From the NCBI RefSeq assembly GCF_009914755.1, contig NC_060936.1: DNA of 64,000 nt; one strand, written 5' to 3'. The translations under genes and the position numbers were made by a program. This document shows positions 16,018-29,448 of the stretch, one piece after another. Under the pieces are notes generated by a model. That model made no database searches. It was not told the origin of the DNA and saw nothing but the letters and a program-made list of their open reading frames with translations. Source of the DNA: the human T2T-CHM13v2.0 reference genome, Homo sapiens. How positions within the stretch are numbered: position 1 is the first letter of the stretch; the number at the start of each line of letters is the position of its first letter.

Positions 16018-17718
16018 ATTGGTTCACCTTTTTTCTTTACAATAACAATTTCTGAAAAGTTAAATTTATCTCTGGTTCAGCAATGCAGCTGGAGGTATCT
16101 GGGCCAAGAGGGGCCTCCACTAGGGGACAGAGCGGTGGGTAAGAGACCGTAAACTGGAGATGGGTGGTGACAGTGGAGACTAAGAGTCAGCTTTAGGAAA
16201 CTGAAGAGCAGAGAGATAGGGAGATCGATGACACAGAGATGAAGATATTTAACAAAATAAATAACAAGAGTTCTTTGCACACTCCAAGCTCACAAGGAGC
16301 TATTCTTGAAGCTCTCCTTTGTTTTCTAGGTCAAATATAAACTTCAGCTAATCTGTTAAGCCCTCCTCTTTCCCTGAATATCTCCCACACTCGGCTTCTC
16401 TAAAAAAAAAATGACAGAAGCCCACTTTCAACGTGTTTACTCTTCCACCTGGCACTATAAACTCCATTTACAAACAATGGTTCAAAGGAGAAACACTTCT
16501 TTCGCAAAGGCAAAATGTTTGAAATATAATATATATATAATAAATGATAGTTAAAGGCAAAGGTAATTTCAGGAGAATAATAGGAATGAAATCATCAAAG
16601 AGATAAGAGATAGCAACTGAACTGAATTTTAAAACAGGTAGGAATTTAAAATGTGGGAATAAGAAAGCACAGTGTTTATTAGCTAGAGAAGAGGCTGTGT
16701 GCAGAGGGCAGTGGACGATGAAGTTTGGGAGTCAGTTTAATAATCAATTTCAGAGAATCCTAAGACCAAACAAAGGATGAGAATGTAGCCTAGAGGAAGG
16801 CAGAGTCCTCTAGGTTTATTTTTGATGGTCAAGTGACACATATAAAACTAAATCTGTTCCTCTTTTGCAGGAAAGAATGAGGAAAGGAAAGAATGGAGTA
16901 AAAAAAAAAAACCATTTACCAAACTATAACTTAAGTACGACGTAAGGAGAACCCAAACTAAAATATCATTAAAAAATAGAAGAAAGGAATATGTTTAAAG
17001 GAAGTCTAAAAAATTCATCAATATAAAAGTCACTGCTGGAGGAAAAAGTGCCTTCAGATCTTACCTAACACACTTATTTCAAGGGAGGCCCAGATAGTAA
17101 AATATTCTACAGAATCAGGTCACTAATCAAGAAAGTTTTTTTTTCTTTAGAAAGATTAAAAAAGAAACAGCTAAAGGTTTTTGAGATATGTTGTTCTTTT
17201 TGGAAAATGTCAGGCCCTGGTTTGTATTCAAGAGGAGTAATTTCAGGAGATTTCTCTGATGCGGTCCTCTAAAATTTTGTCAGGGTGACAATACCTTGTT
17301 TATCCCCTGATTAATGTATTACTTTTAAAGAACAGCTGGAGATATCTGATGTGTCAGTTCATTTAAATGCTGCCATTTTGCTTTTGTTGGAGATATACAA
17401 CAATCACCCCCACAGTGCAGTGAGTAAGACTTTGGCAGTTGCTGCTGTACATGTCTGATCAGTCTTCACGCCTTAAGCAGGCAAAGAGGGAGGAGGAAAA
17501 AAGAAGGAAGAGCTCCTTTTTATCCATATTTTCCAGAGCCCCACTGACAGACTGTGCAATTTCTGATTTATGTTGTGTGAAAAGTGAGCTACAGAATGGC
17601 TCACTTCATTTGCAGCATAATGTCTTTGAAAACTGAAAAACAGAAGCATGAGCTCTCAGCAAGTCAGCAACATGGTCTTAAATTTCAGGCGGAGTGATCA
17701 ATTGTTTAAATGTGCAGC

Positions 17719-17750
<32 letters not shown>
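17719..17750. repeat. Poly-A plus (AT)n microsatellite
   Basis: A-run followed by about 8 TA units. Confidence 0.9.
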
Positions 17751-18949
17751 GGGAGAGAATTTCTTATGTTGATAATATTTTACTTTATACATGTGGTTGA
17801 TTTAGCATGTGGTACTCTGGCCTTAAGAATTTATTTCTTCTCTGGACAGTCTTACCTTGGTTAATGTCCCCACCATAGATCTGTTTAGTTGTTCATGTTA
17901 AAGGATTTGGAATTCTTGACTCTTTTTCCTACTCAAAGCATCTGCACCATATATCCCATCTCCCCCAAATTCTCACACTCTTCTGCATCCCATAGATTCT
18001 GCTTTATTTTGGCTTTTATTAGCTCTTGTCTAAACAATTTTAATAACCTTTTAACATGTTTTCACTCCAGTTTCCCCACAAAAGCCAATTCTTCACAACC
18101 ACTGATAAGATTCACATGTTCAAAGATGAATGTCATTATTCCACTTTTCCTTGGTTAACATCTTTCAATCTCCACCTTCACTTCCCAGAATTTTTTCTAG
18201 GGATGAGTAGAAATAGCATTTATTCACTGTTCTCCAAAACATGGCTTCAGGCTACTTTTCTGACCTCATGATTCTCACAATCACCTACGTGGTCTGCTCC
18301 CCCTTCCTAAACCTAGAAAATACATTGGATGAGACTCAACATAAATGGTACCTCCTACATGTAACATTCCCATCTTCCCTACATTAAGATTTGATGAGCA
18401 CTCCCACTCTCTGTTCCTACAGCATTTTAATATATTTCTGTCAGTAGATTTTATTTCTTTTTTTTATGATATGACAGTCTTGTCCATTTATAAGACAGAT
18501 TGTATTTTATTCCAACCTTTCACACCTAATTACCACGAATCACCTTAACAAGAAATCTGGTGCTATCAAAATGAAAACAAGGAGAAAAACTACTTTTTAA
18601 ATTTTTTTTTATTTTCTCAGAAAGGACCCGTTTATGCTTTATGCTTCTAGTCTTCTGTAAATACCTCAATGTTTTCTATGAATACCTTTCTGTTAAGTAT
18701 TACCACTAGTTGAAGACTACTGAAATATCCATATTTATACTTTGAGTCCTCAGGAGTTACCAGAAAAGACTAAGCAAGCAACAAAATTGTTAAATGGTTG
18801 ACTCAAAGCATATTTTTCAATTCTGTTGTTTCTTACAGCTCTGGTTTATCATTATCATAGCACCTGACTGCCACCTTTTATGCATGAGGTGTATTTTACA
18901 AATTCCTGCAGAAATCACTGATCCCTTGAGGATTATATTATGCAGAGCT

Positions 18950-20394
18950 ATCATCTTCTATTCCTTTTAATCACTGTTGTCTACCGACCTACTGACACCT
19001 ATTAAGCAAAATTTTAGTGCCAGATATCTTTTATTTTCATCCAAATCTTATCCTCATCCTAGATTAATTGAGTAGCTAACTCCTCCTCACTTTGAGTCTT
19101 GCACTCTTTCAGTTCTACTGGTTTTTATTTCCACTTTACTTTGGGAATCTATATTCAAACCTTGGATACTGACAACATGTAAGAGAAGTCTAACTCAAAA
19201 TCTTAAACTTTATTCTATGCATTTAGTCTCTCAATATTTTAACATTCTTCGTTCCTTACACCCTTTACTCACCCCCGATTTTTCTGCTTTCCTGCCTTTT
19301 TAAAATTTTCTTAATTAGTCTAGACCCAAAGGTTTCCTGTTTGAACTATTATTTTATCATTACTCTCCAAGTTTTTTTATCTCTTCCCTATCACACCTTC
19401 TTTGTAAAACCACAATCCTGGATTAATATAGCTGTCTGACTTATCTACTCTAGGCAATGGAGGTTTCAACATTTACTGAGTAAAAATTACTGCAACTGTG
19501 TAATTGGCATGACTACAATTTTGTATTTTCTGTTATCTTCTGTCATGTCTATACTGCCTGACAACCCTGTAACAAATCCATAGTCCTTCAGTATTCCATT
19601 TCCCACAAGAGCTCATGTTATCTGCTTTTTCTCCCCAGCCCTCCTTACATCTGCATACATTTTTTATTGTAAAAAGATATTTGAGTCTGTTAGGTGGAAA
19701 TGCCCTCAGCCTCGTGCTTATTATCCTCTTGAATAAGTATGTCAGTCTTTCAGTTCTTAGCTATTTCCCCTTCCAATTTCAGTGGAAGGAAGATGTCTCT
19801 TTCTATCTATGGCTATTTCCTTTTGCTGATCCCTGAAGTTTCTGCCTTTCTATTTTCTTGACTTGTTTATTCATGAGCTTTTTCCTCCTTATCATTAATC
19901 TCTTCATATATTTTTTCTTAAAAATACAAAAATGCTCTATGATCATGTCTTCAAAAATACTTTTATGTCATCAGCTTCCTTCAGCAACAAAGCAACAAAC
20001 TTCTTTCTGCTTCACAATTGTCTCTTGAAAAAGTTTTCTCCACTCTCCACATTTTTTTCTTGCCTCCATGTGTCCCCCAAACTACTGCAGTCTAGCTTCT
20101 ATCTTTATCCATATAGCCTCTATCTTTATGACTCCAACTAAATAATTTTCAATAACAATCTCTTTTTTGCTAAATTCAGTGTAAAATTTTGTACTTTTTT
20201 CTTTCTTTACCACTCTAGCATGTGACACTATGGTTCATTTTATTCCTTTTCTTAAGTCCTGCATTGACTATCTCATTCTCTCTCTCTAAACAATCCTTTT
20301 AGTATGTATTTACGCTTCTCTTCTCTTCCACTGTCTTATATATTGGTGTTTTCCAGCATTCTGCCCTTGGTCTCTTCTTTCACTGTCATTGGAA
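18950..20394 (+). mobile_element. L2 LINE relic (resumes at about 26650-26880)
   Basis: Pyrimidine-rich L2 motifs such as ACTGCAGTCTAGCTTCT, TTGCTAAATTCAGTG, GCATGTGACACT, AAAACCTGGGAGTCA. Confidence 0.6.
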
Positions 20395-20468
20395 TAAGGG
20401 AGGAGACCACCTCTCATAGTGTCTTATGCCCAGCTTCTGCCTCCATATTGTCTTATGCCCAATCTCTG
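20395..20468 (+). mobile_element. HERV-E LTR2 5' stub (50 bp) plus 25-bp internal re-copy
   Basis: TAAGGGAGGAGACCACCTCTCATAGTGTCTTATGCCCAGCTTCTGCCTCC matches the recalled first 50 nt of LTR2, followed by CATATTGTCTTATGCCCAATCTCTG. Confidence 0.8.
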
Positions 20469-23016
20469 ACCACCTTACTGAAATAAGACATGCAGACTAG
20501 AATAAAGGAAAAAGAATGAAAAGGAATGAACAAAGCCTCCAAGAAATATGGGAGTTCATAACAAAACCAAACCTATAACTGGAGTACCAGAAGGAGATGG
20601 GGACAATGGAAACAAGCTGTAAAACACACTTCAGAATATTATCCATGAGAACTTCCCCGATCTAGAAAGACAGGCCAATATGCAAATTCAAGAAATACAG
20701 AGAACAACATTAAGATATTCCACAAGAAGATCGACACCAAGACATAGAGTCACCTGATTCTCCAAGGTCAAAATGAAGGAAAAACTGTTAAGGGCAGCCA
20801 GAGAGAAAGGCCAGGTCACCTACAAAGGAAGCCCATCAGATGAATAGCAGACGACTCAGCAGAAACTCTACAAGCCAGAAGAGATTGGGAACCAATATTC
20901 AACATTCTTGAAGAAAAGAATTTTCAACCCAGAATTTCATATGCAGCCAAACTAAGCTTCATAAGCAAAGGAGAAATAAAGTCCTTTCCAGAAGAGCAGA
21001 TGCTGAGGGATTTCGTTACCACCAGACCTGCCCTGCAAGAGCTCCTGAAAGAAGCACTAAATATGGAAAGGAAAAATCGGTACCATGACTGCAAAAACAC
21101 ACCACAATATAAAGACCAATGACACTATGAAGAAACTGCATCAACTAGTGTGCAAAATAACCAAATATCATCATGAAGGCAGGATCAAATTCACACATAA
21201 CAATACTAATCTTAAATGTAAATGGACCAAATGCCCCAATTAAAAGACATACACTGGCAAATTGGATAAGAATTCAAGACCCATTTGTGTTCTGTATTCA
21301 GGAGAACCATCTCATGTGCAGAGACACACACAGGCTCAAAATAAAGAGATGGAGGAAAATTTACCAAGCAAATGGAAAGCAAAAAAAAGGAGGGGTTGCC
21401 ATCCTAGTCTCTGACAAAACACACTTTAAACCAACAAAGATTAAAAAAAAAAAAAAGACAAAAAGGGCATTACATAATGGTAAAGGGAAAAATTCAACTA
21501 GAAGAGCTAACTATTCTGAAAATATATACACCCAATATTGGAGCATCCAGATTCATAAAACAAGTTATTAGAGACCTACAAAGAGACTTAGACTCCCATA
21601 TAATAACACCTTACTATCAGTATTACACATATTGATGAGAGAAAATTAACAAGGATATTCAGAACTTGAACTGAGCTCTGGATCAAGTGGACCTAGTAGA
21701 CATCTACAGAACTCTCTATCCAAGATCAACAGAATATACATTCTGCTCAGTGCCATATGGCACTTATTCTAAAATCAACCACATAATTGGAAGTAAAACA
21801 CTTCTCAGCAAATGCAAAAGAACTGAAATTATAACAGTCTCTCAGGTCACAGTGCAATAAAATTAGAACTTGGGAGTAACAAATTCACTCAAAATGACGC
21901 AATTTCATGGAAATTGAACCACCTGGTTTTCAATGACCCTTGGTTAAATAATGAAATTAAGGCAGAAATCAAGAAGTTCTTTGAAACCATTGAGAACAAA
22001 GAGACACCATACCAGAATCTCCAGGACACAGCTAAAGCAGTATTAAGAAGGAAATTTATAGCACTAAGTACCCACATCAAAAAGCTAGAAAGATCTGAAA
22101 TTGACACCCTAACATCACAGTTAAAATAGCTAGAAAGGCAAGAGCAAACAAATTTAAAAGTTAGCAGAAGACAAGAAAAAACTAAGATCAGAGAAGAATT
22201 GAAGGAGATTGAGACACGTAAAACCCTCCAACAAACCAACAAATCCAGGAGCTGCTTTTTGGAAAAAATTAACAAAATAGCTAGACAAATAAAGAAGAAA
22301 GAGAAGAATGAAATAAACAATAAAAAAGAAAGGAGATATCACCACTGACCCCACAGATACAAACTACCATCAGAGAATACTGTAAACAACTCTATGCAAA
22401 TAAACTAGAAAATCTAGAAGAAATGGATAAATTTCTGGATGCATACACCCTACAAAGATTAAACCAGGAAGAAGGTGAATCCCTGAATAGACCAATAAAA
22501 AGCTCTGAAATTGCGACAGTAATTAATAGCCTACCAATTTAAAAAAGCCCAGGACCAGACAGATTTGCAGCTGAATTCTACCAGAAATACAAAGAGGAGC
22601 TGATAGCATTCTTCTGAAACTATTCCAAACAATTGAAAAGGAGGGACTCCTCCCTAACTCATTTTAGGAGGCCAGCATCATTCTGATACCAAAACTGGGA
22701 AGAGACACAACAAAACAAGAAAACTTCAGGCCAATATCCTGGATGAACATCCATGCAATCCTCAATAAAATACTGGCAAACTGAATCCAACAGCACATCA
22801 AAAAACTTATCTACAACGATCAAGTCAATTTCATCCCTGAGATGCAAGACTAGCTCAACAGACACAAATCAACAGACATAATCCATCACCTAAACAGAAC
22901 CAGAGAAAAAAACCACATGATTATCTCAATAGATGCAGAAAAGGCCTTTGATAAAATTCAATATCTTTCATGTTAAAAACTCTCAATAAACTAGGTATAG
23001 AACATATCTCAAAATA

Positions 23017-23993
<977 letters not shown>

Positions 23994-25069
23994 TTATATT
24001 TAGAAAACCCCATCATCTCAGCCCAAAACCTTCTCGAACTGATAAGCAACTTCAGCAAAGTCTCAGGACACAAAATAAATGTGCAAAAATCACAAGCATT
24101 CCTTTACACCAACAGTAGGCAAGCAGAGAGCCAAATCATAAATGAACTCCCATTCAAAGTTGCTACAAAGAGAATAAAATAACTAAAAATACAACTAACA
24201 AAAGATGTGAAGGCCCTCCTCAAGGAGAACTACAAGCCACTGCTCAAGGAAATAAGAGATGACACAAACAAATGGGAAAACTTTCCATTCTCATGGATTG
24301 GAAGAATCAATATCGTGAAAATGGCCATATTGCCAAAGCAATTTATAGATTCAATGCTATTCCCATCAAACTACCATTGACATTCTTCATATAATTAAAA
24401 AAATTTAAATTTCATATGAAATCAAAGAAGACTGCATGTAGCTAAGACAATCCTACACAAAAAGAAAGCTGGAGTCATCATACAACCTGACTTCAAAATG
24501 TACTACAAGCATACCATAACCAAAACAGCATGGTACTGGTACCAAAACAGATATATAGATGAATGGAGCAGAAAAGAAACTGCAGAAATAACACCACACA
24601 TCTGCAACCATCTGATCTTCAACAAACCTAACAAAAACAAGCAATGGGAGAAGGATCTCCTATTCAGTAAATGGTGCTGGGAAAACTGGCAAGCCATATG
24701 CTCAAAACTGAAACTGGACCCCTTCCTTACACCTCATACAAAAATTAACTCAAGATGGATTAAAGGCTTAAATGTAAAACCCAAAACCATAAAAACTCGA
24801 GAAGAAAACCTAGGCAAAACCATTTAGGACATAGGCATAGACAAATATTTCATGACAAAAAGGCCAAAAGCAATTGCAACAAAAGCCACAATTGACAAAT
24901 GGGATCTAATTAAACTAAAGAGCTTCTTCATAGCAAAAGAAACTATCATCAGAGTGAATGGGCAACCTACAGAATGGAAGAAAATTTTTGCAATCTGACA
25001 AAAGTCTAATATCCAGAATTTACAAGGAACTTAAACATATTTACAAGAATAAAACAAACAACCCCATCA

Positions 25070-25351
<282 letters not shown>

Positions 25352-26089
25352 TTAACCAACAAACTTAAGAAAAAAAGCTCAATATCACTGATCATCAGAG
25401 AAATGCAAATCAAAACCACAATGAGACATCATCTCACACCAGTCAGAATGGCGATTATTAAAAAGTCAGCAAACAATAGATGATGGGGAGGCTGTGGAGA
25501 AATAGAAACACTTTTACACTGCTGGTGGGAATGTAAATTAGTTCAACTATTGTGGAAGAGAGTGTGGCGATTCCTCAAGGATCTAGAACCAGAAATACTG
25601 TTTGACCCAGCAATCCCTTTACTGGGTATATACTCACAGGAATATAAATCATTCTACTATAAAGACACATGCACATGTATGTTTATTGCAGCACTATTTA
25701 AATAGCAAAGACATGGAACCAACCCAAATGCCCATCAATGACGGCTGAATAAAGAAATGTGGTGCATATACACCATGGAATATTATGCAGCCATAAAAAG
25801 GAATGATGTCATGTCCCTGTAGGCACATGGATGAAGCTGGCAGCCATCATCCTAAGGCAACTAACACAGGAACAGAAAACCAAACAGCACATGCTCTCAC
25901 TCTTAAGTGGGAGTTGAACATGAGACCACATGGACACAGAAAGGGAAACTCACACAAGGGCCTGTTAGGAGGTGGGGAGTGAGGATGGGTAAATAGGTGC
26001 AGCAAACCACCATGGCACACCACCTATGTGACAAACCTGCATGTTCTCCACATGTATCACATTTTTTAGAAGAAATAAAGAAAAAAAGA

Positions 26090-26420
26090 GAATTATTACT
26101 GATACATGCTACAACAGGGATGAGCCTCGAAAACATGTTCAATGAAAGTGAAATATTGTAAGATTTCATTTATATGAAATATGTAAAGTAAGCAAATCCA
26201 TGAAGACAGAGAGCAGTATAGTGGCCACCAGGTGCCATGAAGAGGGGGAATTGGAAGTGATTACTTGATGAGTATAAGGTGTTTTTGTGTGATATAAAAG
26301 TTATGAAATTAGTGGTGGTGATTGAAAAACATTGTGAATTCACTAAATGCCACTGAACTAAACACTATACAATGGTTAATTTTATCTTATGTGAAGCTTA
26401 CCTCAATACAAAATTTTTGT
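26090..26420 (+). mobile_element. L1MB-like 3'UTR fragment
   Basis: TACTGATACATGCTACAACA.GGATGA.CCTCGAAAACAT...GCAAATCCAT...AATGCCACTGAACT. Confidence 0.8.
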
Positions 26421-26881
26421 AATGTGTTCATTCCCTGCCCTCCACTACTCTGGCACCAAAGGGAGACCCAAAGATTTTATCATAATGGTTTCTTAATAAG
26501 TCCATGAATCCTCAAAGTAATAATTATTAATTAAATGACAATGTTCAAATTAATGTATTTTAAGCTCAAGTAACTTTGTCTCCTAAATGTATACCAAACA
26601 ATGGACTACAATGTATGTGTAAACCTGGATGTTTTGCAGGCACTGATATTCAATATATTTCAGATAGAATTCATCAGCTCCTAACTTGCTCCTTCTATGC
26701 TGTTTCCTATTTTTTCTATGTAGTTCAAAAACCTGGGAGTCAGCATTGCTTCCTCCCTTTCTCCCATAAACAACAGTCTTGAGTCTGTTTATCTTCTATC
26801 AATATATGTTCCCATTGCTGTTCCCTTTGATCAATGTTTCAATGTTTTTTCTCCCTAAACTATTTCAATATTCTTCTAATT

Positions 26882-27069
26882 CAACACAGTCCACTATTAC
26901 TTTCTTCAATGGTGAAAATATTCCATATATGTCTGCTGTAGCTATTGTGCTCTTGATATGTGGCTCTTGTAATTAAAAACCAAAATTTTAATTTTATTTA
27001 ATTTTAATTATTTTAAATTTAAATTTAAAAACCACATGTATTTAGTGTTTGCCATATTGAATGACACAG
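26882..27069. mobile_element. MER3-like hAT-Charlie MITE
   Basis: TTTTAATTTTATTTAATTTTAATTA..TTTAAATTTAAA...CCACATGT core and GCCATATTGAATGACACAG end. Confidence 0.75.
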
Positions 27070-27094
27070 TCCTCATCTCTTGCCACTTAAACCA

Positions 27095-27171
27095 TGACCC
27101 ATGAACCAGCAATATTAGAATTACCTGAGAACTTGTTAGAAATACAGAATTTTAGGCCCTACCCAAGACCT
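27095..27171. mobile_element. MER5A fragment
   Basis: ACCAGCAATATTAGAATTACCTGAGAACTTGTTAGAAATACAGAAT...GGCCCTACCC.AGACCTA. Confidence 0.75.
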
Positions 27172-27344
27172 AATTTATAATTATAAAATTATAAATTGAG
27201 CATGTGACATACTTTTATTAAATCTTTCCATAGATTTCCATAGGCTTCTTAACAACATCTTTACTTCTCAGCCTGAAATTCCAGGCTATCTAAGACTTGA
27301 CTCTTCTCCAATCATTTTTTCCCATGTTCCCTCTGATTTCTCTA

Positions 27345-27525
27345 TTCTGTATATCTTACACAAGTGATTAAACTCCTCAGTAACTCAATTTCCCCAAAAG
27401 TAAAATGGAAATAATAATAATGCCCACATTATAGAGTGTTATGAGGATTTCATGAATACATACTTTCAATATAATAGTCCTTGGGACCAAGTAAGTAATC
27501 AATAACTGTTAGCTGTCATTATTAT
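27345..27525 (+). mobile_element. MIR SINE
   Basis: CTCAATTTCCCCAAAAGTAAAATGGAAATAATAATA...GTTATGAGGATT MIR core. Confidence 0.75.
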
Positions 27526-27648
27526 GTAAAAATTTCCTTTCTTTATTTAAATGCTTTCCAGAAAGCAGCTTATGGATACTTTTCCTCAGAATAATCTAGA
27601 GTGAATTTGTTTAAGAAAAAAAAGAGGAGATTCCTGGCTCCATAGTAG

Positions 27649-27970
<322 letters not shown>

Positions 27971-27999
27971 TACTTTTTTAGTAACTATCTTAGGATATC

Positions 28000-29340
28000 A
28001 GCTTTACAAACAAGGCATACATATCTCTAGGGGCACATAAATATTTTCCAAAGAAGTGTGGGGGCTCAGAGAGTTCTAAGAGAGTAAATTTCCCCATTAA
28101 CATAAATGCCATTTATAAAAGTGATCTGCCTGAGAATGTACTTAGATCTTCCTGTTCTGTTATTATTGTTGATCACATCCCTTCTAATACTGTGGCTTCT
28201 TCTGCTTCACAAAAGAAAAGCCTGACCTCACACATTGTGAATTTGACAATTGTGCATTGTCTCCAGCATGTGAAATCCTCCACAGTGCCAAATACAAAAA
28301 GAGAATTTAAAAAATTGATGTTGATGTTGGGAAGGTAAATGTCAATAATGACTAGAAAATAAATCCTTCTGCAAGTACAGTGGTTTCTAATTATTTCCTT
28401 TCAATGTAATTATAAGAGAACTCAATTGAGTTGTCAACTTATAGATCATTAAATACAATCTTTGATGATGGGGATTACTGAAATTTTTGGCATATAACTC
28501 CAAAAGAATTCAGAGCCATGTTATATTGTTATGACAAAATTTTCTTCAAATCCCATCTAATTATTTATGTGAATGAAGTTTCTCAGTGGTTAATTTTTTT
28601 AAATAGGAATAGATTAGTGTTAAAGCCTGTCTCATTATGATCACAAGCAATATTCTTCCTCAGTCAGATACAGGACCTAGCTCAGAGAAAGAACCATTCA
28701 TTTCATTAATAAATAAATTTCCAATAAAATTTTACTTTATGCTAAATTATTATTATCAAAGTTTAAAATGTGCTAGCAATCTTGTGGTAAAACATGTACT
28801 AATAATCATAATGATGACTCAATCTGGAAGAAAAATTAGGACAGAATATTATGGTCAGAGGCTGTTTTTAAAAACTAATTTTAACTTATATGCTTAATAA
28901 TTATATACTTTATATATTTAATATATAGTTAAATATATAATGTTTATTTTTATAACTATAACATGATCATTAAAACTGTTGATCATAAAATATATAAATT
29001 AGGATTAAATTCTCTGTTGAAAATAGAATTAAAATATTATTTTAATGAGAAAATAGAATGGTATTAATTCTCCAGCTATTGAATACATTTTTTCATGTAT
29101 CCCTTTAACTACATAATATTGCATATCAAATCAGCATGACATTTATATTCCATTTATTATAGTAAAATAGTAACCAGATTTTTCTAAAATGCTTAGATTT
29201 ACAATATTTCAGAGGTTGTACCCTTTACAACTATTTAAAATTATGATGGAAAGTTTTAGATGTTAAGCTAAAGTATGGAAAAGGTAGTTTTACAAAATTA
29301 GCTTAGGGCAGTACCAAATAAAGAAAAATAACTTAAGAAC
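28000..29340 (+). mobile_element. hAT-Charlie DNA transposon relic
   Basis: From 28553, CCATCTAATTATTTATGTGAATGAAGTTTCTCA reads PSNYLCE*SFS, the hAT C-terminal dimerisation motif (P-S/T-TYLCExxFS). Boundaries approximate. Confidence 0.6.
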
Positions 29341-29448
29341 TCTAAATAATTGCCTCTTACATACACTAGTTTTTAAGAAGCAATACCTCATACGATAATC
29401 TGCCTTTTGTAAGTGGTATAAAGACACAGGAACATAATAACATGGTAT

